Assembly: GCA_965275905.1 (NCBI GenBank)
Contig: CBDHYJ010000054.1
Span: 17,497 to 81,496 of the forward strand
Length of the DNA: 64,000 nucleotides
Reading direction: 5' to 3'
Source: Hyphomicrobiales bacterium
GTDB lineage: Bacteria; Pseudomonadota; Alphaproteobacteria; Rhizobiales; JAJFHC01
The notes under the pieces are model-generated. The model had not been told where the DNA came from. It worked only from the letters and a program-made list of their open reading frames with translations, and ran no database searches. Positions 20,462 to 29,259 of the stretch are shown here, one piece after another; within the stretch, counting starts at the first letter, position 1; every line of letters starts with the position of its first letter. The position numbers and the translations under genes were made by a program.

Positions 20462-20770
20462 ATGATACAGGTCATCTACCGCTGGCGGGTCGCCCCGGAA
20501 AACCGGGAAGCGTTCCTCGCCGCCTGGGAACGGACGACGGTCGCCATCCGCGAAACGACAGAGGGCGCGCGGGGCAGCTTCTGCGTTGTCGGTGTCGACG
20601 ATCCGTCGATCATTCTCACCATCGCCAAATGGGACCGGCTGGATCAGTGGCGTGCCTTCGTTGCGGAAGCGAAGACGACGGCGATGAAGGAGATGCACGC
20701 GCTCGGGATCCAGGTCTCCCACGAAGCCTTCGAACAGGCTGGCGACTTTACCGTCCTCACTAAATCGTGA
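20462..20770 (+). CDS. antibiotic-biosynthesis-monooxygenase (ABM/Dabb) domain protein
   Basis: 102 aa (MIQVIYRWRVAPENREAFLAAWERTT...IAKWDRLDQWRAF), typical of ABM ferredoxin-like folds. It starts 31 nt after the E1 stop. Confidence 0.65.
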   Translation: MIQVIYRWRVAPENREAFLAAWERTTVAIRETTEGARGSFCVVGVDDPSIILTIAKWDRLDQWRAFVAEAKTTAMKEMHALGIQVSHEAFEQAGDFTVLTKS

Positions 20771-20843
20771 ACGCGGCGTGATCGAATTCGCCACTACCTT
20801 TCAGGAGCCTGTGTAATTGGGTGCAAACAGGGAGAAAATCAGA

Positions 20844-21452
20844 ATGCAGATGCCGAAAATCCGGAAAACCCTGGGCGCGGCGGCGCTCGTCGTTGGAATG
20901 GCCCTGCCGGTCTCGTCCGCGCTGGCCGCGGAAACCTACTGGACCGATCAGGGGCACACGGAAGTGCGCTTCGGCTGGAGCCATGCCGGCGTGTCGATCC
21001 AGCACGGCGAATTCACCAAGGCGAAGGGCAAGCTCAGCCTTGATCCGGACAATGTGGAGAAGTCTTCAATCGAGGTCACGATCGATGCGACAAGCGTGTC
21101 GACCGGATTCGAAGCCCTCGACAAGCATCTCAAGAGCAAGGATTTCCTTGAGGTCGAGACCTATCCGACCATCACGTTCAAGAGCACGTCGGTGAAGAAG
21201 ACCGGCGATGACACGGCAGACGTGACCGGCGACCTCACGATCCACGGCGTTACCCAGCCGGTGACGCTGAAGACCAAGCTGACCCACCGCGGACCGCACC
21301 CGGTGGCGAAATTCATCGACTACTACAAGGGCAACTGGGTCGCCTTTTCCGCGACCGCCGAGATTGATCATCAGGCATTCAAGGTCGGTTCGTTCTCGAC
21401 CGGGCCGATTTCGATCATGATCTCTACGGAACTCAAAGACCGCGAGAACTGA
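20844..21452 (+). CDS. YceI-family periplasmic protein
   Basis: Signal peptide plus HTEVRFGWSHAGVS...TIDATSVSTG...ETYPTITFKSTSV, the YceI-like signature. Confidence 0.85.
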   Translation: MQMPKIRKTLGAAALVVGMALPVSSALAAETYWTDQGHTEVRFGWSHAGVSIQHGEFTKAKGKLSLDPDNVEKSSIEVTIDATSVSTGFEALDKHLKSKDFLEVETYPTITFKSTSVKKTGDDTADVTGDLTIHGVTQPVTLKTKLTHRGPHPVAKFIDYYKGNWVAFSATAEIDHQAFKVGSFSTGPISIMISTELKDREN

Positions 21453-21472
21453 CAGGTCCTCGCAGTTGACGG

Positions 21473-21498
21473 CCGGTGGGCGCTGCGGGGCCCGCCGG
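21473..21498. terminator. GC-rich hairpin between convergent genes
   Basis: CCGGTGGGC-(8 nt)-GCCCGCCGG forms a 9-bp stem with one G-U pair. There is no clear U-tract. Confidence 0.35.
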
Positions 21499-21511
21499 AT
21501 CGTTACCGTGT

Positions 21512-22117
21512 CTAGATCGCGGCCACGATCTCATAGTGCACTTCGGTCGGTACGCAGTTTTCGCCGTTGACCGGCAGGATGTCCTGCGGACAGGTCGACA
21601 TGGCGACCACGCAATCCATGTGCGCGCGCAGCACCACGTAGTCGCCGGGCTTGGACTTGGGCGCATCGAATGACAGGCCGCCTTCCGCCGTCCAAGGGAT
21701 ATTCATGAACACATTGAGCGGTGACGGGGTTTCGGGAACCTCGAAACCGAGCTCCTTCATGCCGGCCGCAAGATTGTCCGTGCAGTTGTCGTGATACTCG
21801 GTGCAGCCGAGCAGGCCGTAGCGGTAGTTGTCGCAGGCCGCCATGAGCGTGTCATGGATGCCGGGCGACGTGTCCTCTTCAAGCGTCAGGATGGCGCGGC
21901 GCCGGTTGGTGTAGAGCGGCTCGCCCAGCACCGGCATCATCTGCGTGAGCGTCGCACGCGTGTGCTCCATGGACATGAACTCTGTGATGTCCGGCAGGGC
22001 GAAGGCCCAGGTGTCGACCACCTGCGAGCCGTGCGTGTTGATGATCCTGATGGCTTCGCCCGAGGCCAGTTTTGCCGCCTTGCCGCGCCGCGCGGGCACG
22101 GTGAATTGCTCACTCAT
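21512..22117 (-). CDS. DUF1989 (urea carboxylase-associated family) protein
   Basis: 201 aa containing FTVPARRGKAAKLASGEAIRIINTHGSQVVDTWAF and PGDYVVLRAHMDCVVAMSTCPQD, which I recognise as DUF1989. Confidence 0.75.
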   Translation of the reverse strand: MSEQFTVPARRGKAAKLASGEAIRIINTHGSQVVDTWAFALPDITEFMSMEHTRATLTQMMPVLGEPLYTNRRRAILTLEEDTSPGIHDTLMAACDNYRYGLLGCTEYHDNCTDNLAAGMKELGFEVPETPSPLNVFMNIPWTAEGGLSFDAPKSKPGDYVVLRAHMDCVVAMSTCPQDILPVNGENCVPTEVHYEIVAAI

Positions 22118-22144
22118 TGTTCACTCCCTCGCCGGAATTGGCCG

Positions 22145-23287
22145 TCAGCCGCCGACCCCGGCCATGGTCTCCTCGATCAGGCCGTCGACGACCGAGCACA
22201 GGGCTTCACGGTCGTCGGCGCCGTCGGCGCGGGCGGCCTCGAACCGCTGCAACTGCCGGTCGGCGCTGGTGCCGCGCTCCAAAATGGTGCGGGCGTGATC
22301 GATCTCGTTCATGCAGCCGAGATGTTCGGCATCCTCGCGGACGAGTTCGATGATCTCTTCCAGCAGGTCCTTGTAGGCCACAACTTCGCCGCGGCCGAAA
22401 TCAACGAGGCCCTGCTCGAAGCCGTAGCGCTGGGCGCGCCAGCGGTTCTCGTCGATCAGGAAGCGCGAGTAGGCGCGCCAGCGCTGGTTGTCGCGCCGCA
22501 GACGGTACAGCATGCGCGTCAGGCAGACGTAGAGTGCGGCGATGCACACCGTGTCGTCCAGGTAGGTGCAGACATCGGCGATACGCATCTCCAGCGTCGG
22601 GAAGCGCGCGCTCGGCCGGAGATCCCACCACACCTTCGTGGCATCCTCGATCAGCCCGGCGTTGACCAGCGTGCCGACGGTTCGCTCGTATTCGCTGAAG
22701 CTCGAGAACTGCTCGGGCAGTCCGGTCCGCGGCATCTCGTCGAATACGGCGAGCCGGTAGGACTTGAGGCCCGTGCGCCGGCCCTGCCAGAACGGCGAAG
22801 ATGTCGTCAAGGCAAGCAGATGCGGCAGGAAGTAGGGCAACTGGTTGAACAGATCAACCCGCAGGTCCTCATGCTCTATGGCGACATGCACGTGCATGCC
22901 GCAGATCAGCATCCGCTGCACGACCACCTGCATGTCTTTGGCCAGAATGTCGTAGCGCTCCCTCGGCGTATGGCGCTGCTCGGCCCAGTTGGCGAACGGG
23001 TGCGTGGAGGCGGCGATCGGGGCAAGACCGTACTTGCCGGCGACCTCGGCGACGGCCGCCCGCAGCTTGCCGAGTTCCTGGCGGGCATCCGCGATTGTCC
23101 CGCAGACCCGCGTGCCGACTTCGATCTGGCACTGCAGGAACTCCGGACTGACCTGTCCGGAGAGCAGTTCCTCGCATTCGGCCATCAGGTCCTTCGGTGC
23201 CTCGCGCACGAGATCACGCGTCGATTTGTCGACGAGCAGGTATTCCTCCTCGACGCCCAGGGTAAAGGTCGGTTCCGTCATGCTCAT
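22145..23287 (-). CDS. ybdK: carboxylate-amine ligase, YbdK / GCS2 family
   Basis: Contains TFTLGVEEEYLLVD and ICGMHVHVAIE, typical of glutamate-cysteine ligase family 2. The start is taken at MSMTEPTF; an upstream ATG (MIMRARY...) is possible. Confidence 0.8.
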   Translation of the reverse strand: MSMTEPTFTLGVEEEYLLVDKSTRDLVREAPKDLMAECEELLSGQVSPEFLQCQIEVGTRVCGTIADARQELGKLRAAVAEVAGKYGLAPIAASTHPFANWAEQRHTPRERYDILAKDMQVVVQRMLICGMHVHVAIEHEDLRVDLFNQLPYFLPHLLALTTSSPFWQGRRTGLKSYRLAVFDEMPRTGLPEQFSSFSEYERTVGTLVNAGLIEDATKVWWDLRPSARFPTLEMRIADVCTYLDDTVCIAALYVCLTRMLYRLRRDNQRWRAYSRFLIDENRWRAQRYGFEQGLVDFGRGEVVAYKDLLEEIIELVREDAEHLGCMNEIDHARTILERGTSADRQLQRFEAARADGADDREALCSVVDGLIEETMAGVGG

Positions 23288-23397
23288 GGGCTTCAGTGTT
23301 GCATAACGGGCACGCATGATCATCGGCAAAATTTTGCTTGGGAAATCATGTTGTTGGGGCTGGAATACGTCCGCGGGTTGCGAGTAGTATCCCCGCC

Positions 23398-24171
23398 ATG
23401 GCGAACGTGGCTGTCGACTTCGGTCGCACTTCTGAAGATTACAGGGCCCACCGGGCCGGGTTCCCGGCGGAGACTTTCGACCGCCTGGAGACGTTCGGCA
23501 TTGGCTTGCCCGGTCAGCGTATTGTCGACCTCGGCACCGGTACGGGGACAGTGGCGCTCGCGCTCGCCGCGCGCGGGTCGAGCGTTGTCGGCGTCGACGT
23601 CGCGGAAGAGCAGGTCGAACAGGCCAGGGCGCTCGCCACAGAGCAGGAGCATGACGTCGAGTTCGTCGTCGCACCGGCCGAGGAAACCGGTCTCGATGCC
23701 GGGACGTTCGACATCGTCATCGCCGGGCAGTGCTGGCACTGGTTCGATCGGGAAGGGGCCGCGACCGAGGCGCGCCGGCTGCTCAAGCCCGACGGCACGA
23801 TCGTGATCGCGCATTTCGACTGGCTGCCCCTGCCGGGCAATGTGGTCGAGGTCACCGAGACGCTGATCACCAAGGCAAATCCCCTGTGGCAGATGGCGGG
23901 CGGAAGCGGCGTCTATCCGGCGTGGTTCATGGATCTCTCGCTGGGCGGCTTCGCCGATCTGGAGAGTTTTTCGTTCGATGTTGTGGTGCCCTACAGCCAC
24001 GATGACTGGCGCGGCCGCATCCGGGCCAGCGCCGCCATCGGCGCGACGCTGCCGGACGACTCCGTGAAACGCTTCGACAAGGGGCTAGCCGGCACGCTCA
24101 AGGCGCGCTACCCGAACGAACCCCTCGACATCCCGCACCGGGTCTGGGTGCTGATCGGCCGCCGCGCGTGA
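23398..24171 (+). CDS. class I SAM-dependent methyltransferase
   Basis: Contains VDLGTGTGTVALALAARG (motif I) and DIVIAGQCWHWF. Confidence 0.75.
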   Translation: MANVAVDFGRTSEDYRAHRAGFPAETFDRLETFGIGLPGQRIVDLGTGTGTVALALAARGSSVVGVDVAEEQVEQARALATEQEHDVEFVVAPAEETGLDAGTFDIVIAGQCWHWFDREGAATEARRLLKPDGTIVIAHFDWLPLPGNVVEVTETLITKANPLWQMAGGSGVYPAWFMDLSLGGFADLESFSFDVVVPYSHDDWRGRIRASAAIGATLPDDSVKRFDKGLAGTLKARYPNEPLDIPHRVWVLIGRRA

Positions 24172-24205
24172 CGCGGATCCGGCACCGGACTTACACGCAC
24201 CTGGA

Positions 24206-25600
24206 CTAGATAACCAGTGCGCTGCTCTCCGGCGGGCCTTCGAGCAAATTGGCGATTATGTCCAGACCGGCACGCACGCGATCGTCCGAGACCTCGTGGC
24301 TGAGGCACAGCCTGACCGCATTTGGTGCGTCGGCCGGTTCGATCGCAAAGGTCTCCGCTGTCGTGAGCCTGACACCCTGCCGCTCGGCTTCCGCACGGAA
24401 CTGATCCCGACGCCAGGGCGGCGGAAGGTCGAGCAGGATGTGGAAGCCGCCCGTGCCGGCCCTGAAGCAGCCGTCAGGCAGGCACCGTTTCGCGAGGTCG
24501 AGACGATTTGCAGTGTTGCTCCTTTGTGCCTCATTTAGGCGGTCGGCGGTTCCGTCGTTGATCCAGATGCTGGCAACCTCGGCCATAAGCGGGGGCGGCA
24601 TCCAGCAGGACAGCGTAACGGCGCTCCGCACGGACCGGACGTGGTTTTCAGGAGCGCTCAGATAGCCGACCCGAAGGCCGGGCGCCAGGCTCTTTGACAC
24701 GCTGCTCAGATAGAACGTGCGTTCGGGCGCATGACAGGCGATCGGTCGGGGCCGCTGCGGTGGCAGGAATCCGAAGACATCGTCCTCGATAACGAGAAGG
24801 TCGTGTCTTCGCGCAATTGATGCAATCTCCGCTCTCCGGTCGTCATCCATCGTCACGGTTGTCGGAGTCTGAAGTGTCGGCAGGCAGTAAAGCGCCTTTG
24901 CCGCCGTCGTCCTGCACACCCCATCGAGCGCTTCGGGAACGAGGCCGCCGTCGTCGATCGTCACCGGCAGGATCCGAAGGTTGAGTTGCTGTGCCATCGC
25001 TTTCACCGGCGCATAGGTCAGGGCTTCGGTGAGCAGCACATCCCCCGGACGCAGGGTCGCCATGAGGGCGACGAACAGCCCGTGCTGCGCGCCAAGCGTC
25101 AGCACGATGCCGGAGGCGTCCCGCTCGAGCCCGATCTGTGTCAGCCATTTTGCGCCGGCGGCGGTATGCCGGGCCTGATCGCCGTCGGTCTGATAGTCCA
25201 GCATTGATGCCAGGCTTGGAGACCGTTTGAGTTCGCCGAGGGTTGCGGCGAGCGCTCGAGCACTTTCGCCCGGCATGGGCAGGTTATGCGCGAAGTCGAT
25301 CGGGCCGGAGGCGGGCCGCGTCATGTCCGCGTGATCGGAATAGGGCGTCGCATGGCCGGCCGCACGGACGTAGGTGCCGCGGCCGACTTCACCGGCCAGA
25401 AATCCGCGCTCCGTCGCCGCATCGTAACCCCGCGTTACCGTACTGAGAGAGAGGCCGAGATCGTAGGCAAGGTCTCTCTGGGGCGGCAGCCGTTCGCCCG
25501 CTACCAGATCGCCCGATGCCACGGCTTCACCGATCGCATCGGCAATCTGCAGGTATTTGGGTCCTGTTCTGGACTTCAGGTCTGGCTGCCAGATTGTCAT
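24206..25600 (-). CDS. MocR-type GntR-family regulator with aminotransferase-like domain
   Basis: N-terminal wHTH (LPPQRDLAYDLGLSLSTVTRGYD) fused to a fold-type-I PLP domain (SVSKSLAPGLRVGY). Length is 464 aa. Confidence 0.85.
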   Translation of the reverse strand: MTIWQPDLKSRTGPKYLQIADAIGEAVASGDLVAGERLPPQRDLAYDLGLSLSTVTRGYDAATERGFLAGEVGRGTYVRAAGHATPYSDHADMTRPASGPIDFAHNLPMPGESARALAATLGELKRSPSLASMLDYQTDGDQARHTAAGAKWLTQIGLERDASGIVLTLGAQHGLFVALMATLRPGDVLLTEALTYAPVKAMAQQLNLRILPVTIDDGGLVPEALDGVCRTTAAKALYCLPTLQTPTTVTMDDDRRAEIASIARRHDLLVIEDDVFGFLPPQRPRPIACHAPERTFYLSSVSKSLAPGLRVGYLSAPENHVRSVRSAVTLSCWMPPPLMAEVASIWINDGTADRLNEAQRSNTANRLDLAKRCLPDGCFRAGTGGFHILLDLPPPWRRDQFRAEAERQGVRLTTAETFAIEPADAPNAVRLCLSHEVSDDRVRAGLDIIANLLEGPPESSALVI

Positions 25601-25716
25601 GAATACAATGTTTAGATTGCACTGAGAATATAATCAATACAAATTGCCTTCCTTTTTTGCCGGTCAGGGGCAGGTGCGTCGGATCGAGTGTCAGTGACGG
25701 GAAGGGTGTGTTAGCG

Positions 25717-26652
25717 ATGAAACAGAAGAGCAAAGGGGTCCGGCTCGCGTTTGTCTGCCTGTTCATACTCGCGGCCATGCCGATCATCTCGAACAGCCGG
25801 CCGGCCGGCTTCGATGCCCTCAGCTTTGCGCTCTTTCTTTCGGCCTGGCAGCTTCTGTTTTCGCTGCCATTGCTGTTCCGGGAGCAGCGATCCGCGGACC
25901 GTGGGATATTCGCGGCCGGCCTTCCGCTGGACCTGAAGCGCCGGACGATAGCGATCATTCTGGTGACCGGCGCGATCTTTGGCCTCTCCACCTATGTCTA
26001 CGTGCTGGCCGTGGAGAAAGCCGGTGCGATCAGCGCCGCGATCGCCATACAGGCTTATCCGCTTTTCGCGATCCTCTGGGAGACCCTGTTTCTGAAGCGC
26101 AGAAAGAGCCTTCCCGAACTGGCTTTCACCTTCCTGCTCATTGCGACGCTCTACTATCTGGTGACCGGAGGGACGGGACGTATTGCCGGATTCTCGTTCT
26201 GGTCGGTCTTCGCCCTTGGCGTGCCGTTTCTCTGGAGCGTCGCCCACGTGATCATCAAGGAGGTACTGGACCGCACGCCGATCACGCCGGCGCAGGTCAC
26301 GTTTTTCCGCGTATCCGTCTCGACGGTTTTCCTCTTTGCGGTCCTGATCGCCGTATCGGGTCCCGTGGGCGTTCTGGAGACGGCGTCGAATTTCGAATTC
26401 CAGAAATTCGCCCTGGTCATGGGGCTCGTCTACTACCTGGAACTGATATTCTGGTTCTACGCCGTCCGGCATATCGACGTATCGCTGGCGAGTTCCATCA
26501 CTGCGCCAACCCCGGCGCTCACGACGGTGCTTGCCGTGATGTTCCTGGGTGAGCCCGTTCATGCGTATCAGTTGGCCGCATTGTGCGTGGTCGTCCTGAG
26601 CATCTACGGCCTGCTCTTGGCCGGACAGCGGGGGGCGGCGACAGCCAGCTGA
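25717..26652 (+). CDS. EamA/DMT-family transporter
   Basis: Ten-TM hydrophobic protein, divergent from the MocR regulator. The start is taken at MKQKSKG. Confidence 0.8.
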   Translation: MKQKSKGVRLAFVCLFILAAMPIISNSRPAGFDALSFALFLSAWQLLFSLPLLFREQRSADRGIFAAGLPLDLKRRTIAIILVTGAIFGLSTYVYVLAVEKAGAISAAIAIQAYPLFAILWETLFLKRRKSLPELAFTFLLIATLYYLVTGGTGRIAGFSFWSVFALGVPFLWSVAHVIIKEVLDRTPITPAQVTFFRVSVSTVFLFAVLIAVSGPVGVLETASNFEFQKFALVMGLVYYLELIFWFYAVRHIDVSLASSITAPTPALTTVLAVMFLGEPVHAYQLAALCVVVLSIYGLLLAGQRGAATAS

Positions 26653-26749
26653 GGCCCTGGCCCCGTTCGTTTCCCATTCCCCGGACGAGCGTGAGCGAGA
26701 TCCGGGGCCGTTAGGGGCAGCGGCCCGAGTTTGGAACGATCCGGGACCG

Positions 26750-27139
26750 TTACTGCCGCAATAACACGATATTGCTCCAGGCATCCGTCACTTCGGAGTG
26801 ACCGGGACCATCTTCGCCCCAGGCTAAAGAAATTGTGACCGCTGTTGGCGTGGCGCCTTTGGCGAAGCTGGCAATTCCGGCGATCGCGTTCGCCGCAACA
26901 AGGGTTGGCGGCTGATGCGACTGGTCGTAAGCAGTTCCATGGCCGGCGAGGCTGAAGTAGACGCCGTCCGCATTGAATTGAGATCGCACAACGACACCGG
27001 TCAGATCAAATCTTGCGGGCAAACCCTGTATTGAACTGTCCCATGTTCCCGATAACGCGCCGTTTGGCAGAACATTCAGAGTGAGTGTGCGGGTCATGCC
27101 GTGCGTCGACGCCGAATAAGTGCCGGTTAGAGTGTCCAT
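26750..27139 (-). CDS. hypothetical 129-aa protein, beta-rich (avidin-like strand pattern, speculative)
   Basis: ATG 27139 is preceded by GGAGG with a 5-nt spacer. Product starts MDTLTGTYSASTHGMTRTLTLNVLPNGALSGTWDSS.... It abuts a conspicuously AT-rich intergenic stretch. Confidence 0.5.
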   Translation of the reverse strand: MDTLTGTYSASTHGMTRTLTLNVLPNGALSGTWDSSIQGLPARFDLTGVVVRSQFNADGVYFSLAGHGTAYDQSHQPPTLVAANAIAGIASFAKGATPTAVTISLAWGEDGPGHSEVTDAWSNIVLLRQ

Positions 27140-27383
27140 AAGTGCCTCCATCCAAGTAAAATTAGAATTTATTCTTTGTTCTTGGGTAGAGTTGCACGTA
27201 AGTGGCAATCTTTCCAGCATTTATAATACTAAATGTAATTGAAAGTATCTGATTTATATAAAATCAATACACTAAAGAGCGTAATAATACGGCCGCCAGA
27301 ATCGGCTGATCACCCCGAATCCACAAGGTTTTGCTGTTTTCCTGAAGGGTTCAACGTGCGAGCGTCACACGCTGCAATGTACA

Positions 27384-28430
27384 TCAGTGGCCGTGCGTCC
27401 CGGCATACGCCTCGAGCCGCGCCATCCAGTCGGCATTCTCCGTGATTTCCCGGTTGACGATGCCGGTCGGCACCTTGCCCGCCATGACGTCGAGCACGGC
27501 GCGCACATCCGCCGCCCCGTTGCCCTCGAAGATCTGGTCGGTCCAGCACAGCGCGTGCGGCGTGATGATGGCGTTGTCGAGCTTGAGAATCGGGTCGTCC
27601 GGGTCTGGCGGTTCATGTTCCAGCACGTCGAGTCCTGCGCCGGCGATGCGTCCTGCCTGCAGCACCTCTGTGAGGGCCGCCTGATCGACGATCGGCCCGC
27701 GGGCCGTATTGATCAGGTAGGCGCTGGGTTTCATGAGCGCCAGGCGCTCGGCGTTGACGAGATGGTGCGTTGCGTCGCTGAGCGGGCAGTTGACCGCGAG
27801 TACGTCGGCGCTGCGGAACAGGGGCTCCATGTCGACCAGTTCGATGCCGAGTTCGGCGGCGAGGCCTTCGTCGGCATAAGGATCGTGCGCCATGAACTTC
27901 ATGTCGAACGGTTTTGCGACACGGAACATCTCCGCGCCGATATTGCCGATGCCGATCGAGCCCAGCGTCAGGCCAACGAGCCCGGTGCCGTTGTGGTTGG
28001 TCTTTTCCGCCCAGCCCGGCGGACCTTGCCGGGCCAGACGATCCTTGATCATGAGGTTGCCGGTCAGGGCGAACATGAGGGTCAGGATCGAGACCGCGAC
28101 CGGACGGCGGACGCCATCGGGGGTGATCACCAGCGCAACGCCGTTGGCGTTGCAGGCCTCCACGTCCACATTGTCGTAACCCACACCGAAGCGGGCAACC
28201 ACCGAAAGCCGCCCGGACCCCTTGAGCGTTTCTGCCGTCACCTTCGGAATCAGCAGTATCAGCGCGTCGATATCCGCAACCTGTGCGGCGGTGATTTCCG
28301 GTCCGTTTTCGAGCGTGACCAGCTCCAGGCCGTCCGTTTCGCGAAGCGGTGTGAGATCGAACTCCGGAAAGACAGGGGCGCCGCTGGGATCGAAGAAGTC
28401 GCCACTCAATGCAACGCGAAATTGGGTCAT
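27384..28430 (-). CDS. D-isomer-specific 2-hydroxyacid dehydrogenase family protein
   Basis: Contains GLTLGSIGIGNIGAEM (NAD fold), VNTARGPIVD and ITPHA. Confidence 0.85.
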   Translation of the reverse strand: MTQFRVALSGDFFDPSGAPVFPEFDLTPLRETDGLELVTLENGPEITAAQVADIDALILLIPKVTAETLKGSGRLSVVARFGVGYDNVDVEACNANGVALVITPDGVRRPVAVSILTLMFALTGNLMIKDRLARQGPPGWAEKTNHNGTGLVGLTLGSIGIGNIGAEMFRVAKPFDMKFMAHDPYADEGLAAELGIELVDMEPLFRSADVLAVNCPLSDATHHLVNAERLALMKPSAYLINTARGPIVDQAALTEVLQAGRIAGAGLDVLEHEPPDPDDPILKLDNAIITPHALCWTDQIFEGNGAADVRAVLDVMAGKVPTGIVNREITENADWMARLEAYAGTHGH

Positions 28431-28442
28431 GATGATGTACTC

Positions 28443-29219
28443 CTACTTCGTGCCTTCGCGGATCGCGCTGAGGCCGGCGGCGACGGCGTCGCCCAGCGCC
28501 CAGGCATCCGCGGAATAGGCAATGAAATCGAACCCCTGCTTGAACAGGTCGATGCCGCTGGCGACATCCGGGACGAGCCGTCCGGCGGACTTGCCGTGTT
28601 TGTCGCAGGCCGCGAGCACGGTCTCGATGGCGCCGAGGAAGTCCGGATGGTCGAACTGTGCGGGAATGCCCAGCGAGCAGGACAGGTCGAAATGGCCGAC
28701 CCACAGGCAGTCGACGCCGTCGATGGCCGCGATCGCATCGGCATTCTTCACGCCGTCGGCGGTCTCGATCTGGGCGAAAAGGGTGGTCCGCTTGTTCTGG
28801 AACTCCAGTTTCTCGACCGTGTCGCCCGCCGTGAACCGGTCAAATGCGCACCGCACGATCACGCCCCGGCCGCCGCGCGGCACGTACTTCATCGACTGCA
28901 CGATCTGCTCCGCCTCCTCGGGCGTCGACACCATGGGCAGCATCAGGCCCTCCGCGCCGGCATCGCACGCCCTGGCGATGTCCTTGTAGTCCTTCGAGGG
29001 CACGCGCACGATGGTCGGCAGCTCGGCACCCTGCATGTAGCGCAGCACGCGCTTGGTGGTTTCGATGCCGAAGCCGCTGTGCTCCGTGTCGAAGATCGTG
29101 AAGTCACAGCCGGCGGACTTCAGGATGTGCCCGATGCCGGGCGTGTCGAATTCGAACACGAAATGCCCCGCCTTCAGGTTGCGGTGCTGCGCCATGTCCT
29201 TCAGCGGTGTATCGCTCAT
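28443..29219 (-). CDS. HpcH/HpaI-family 2-keto-3-deoxy-acid aldolase
   Basis: 258 aa containing FVFEFDTPGIGHIL, MLPMVSTPEEAE and AQIETADGV, typical of class II HpcH aldolases. Confidence 0.85.
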   Translation of the reverse strand: MSDTPLKDMAQHRNLKAGHFVFEFDTPGIGHILKSAGCDFTIFDTEHSGFGIETTKRVLRYMQGAELPTIVRVPSKDYKDIARACDAGAEGLMLPMVSTPEEAEQIVQSMKYVPRGGRGVIVRCAFDRFTAGDTVEKLEFQNKRTTLFAQIETADGVKNADAIAAIDGVDCLWVGHFDLSCSLGIPAQFDHPDFLGAIETVLAACDKHGKSAGRLVPDVASGIDLFKQGFDFIAYSADAWALGDAVAAGLSAIREGTK

Positions 29220-29259
29220 TCTTTCTTCTCCTCAGGGATTGGTCTGGCCTGTCCGGTCG

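Noticed and set aside
24176-24200. Possible third, partial copy of the REP-like repeat (CGGCACCGGACT matches the 3' end of copy 2 and its flank)
   Set aside because: Only a 12-nt identical run followed by loose similarity. It lacks the GGATCGGCACAG...TGCGACGG core, so it could be chance in GC-rich DNA.
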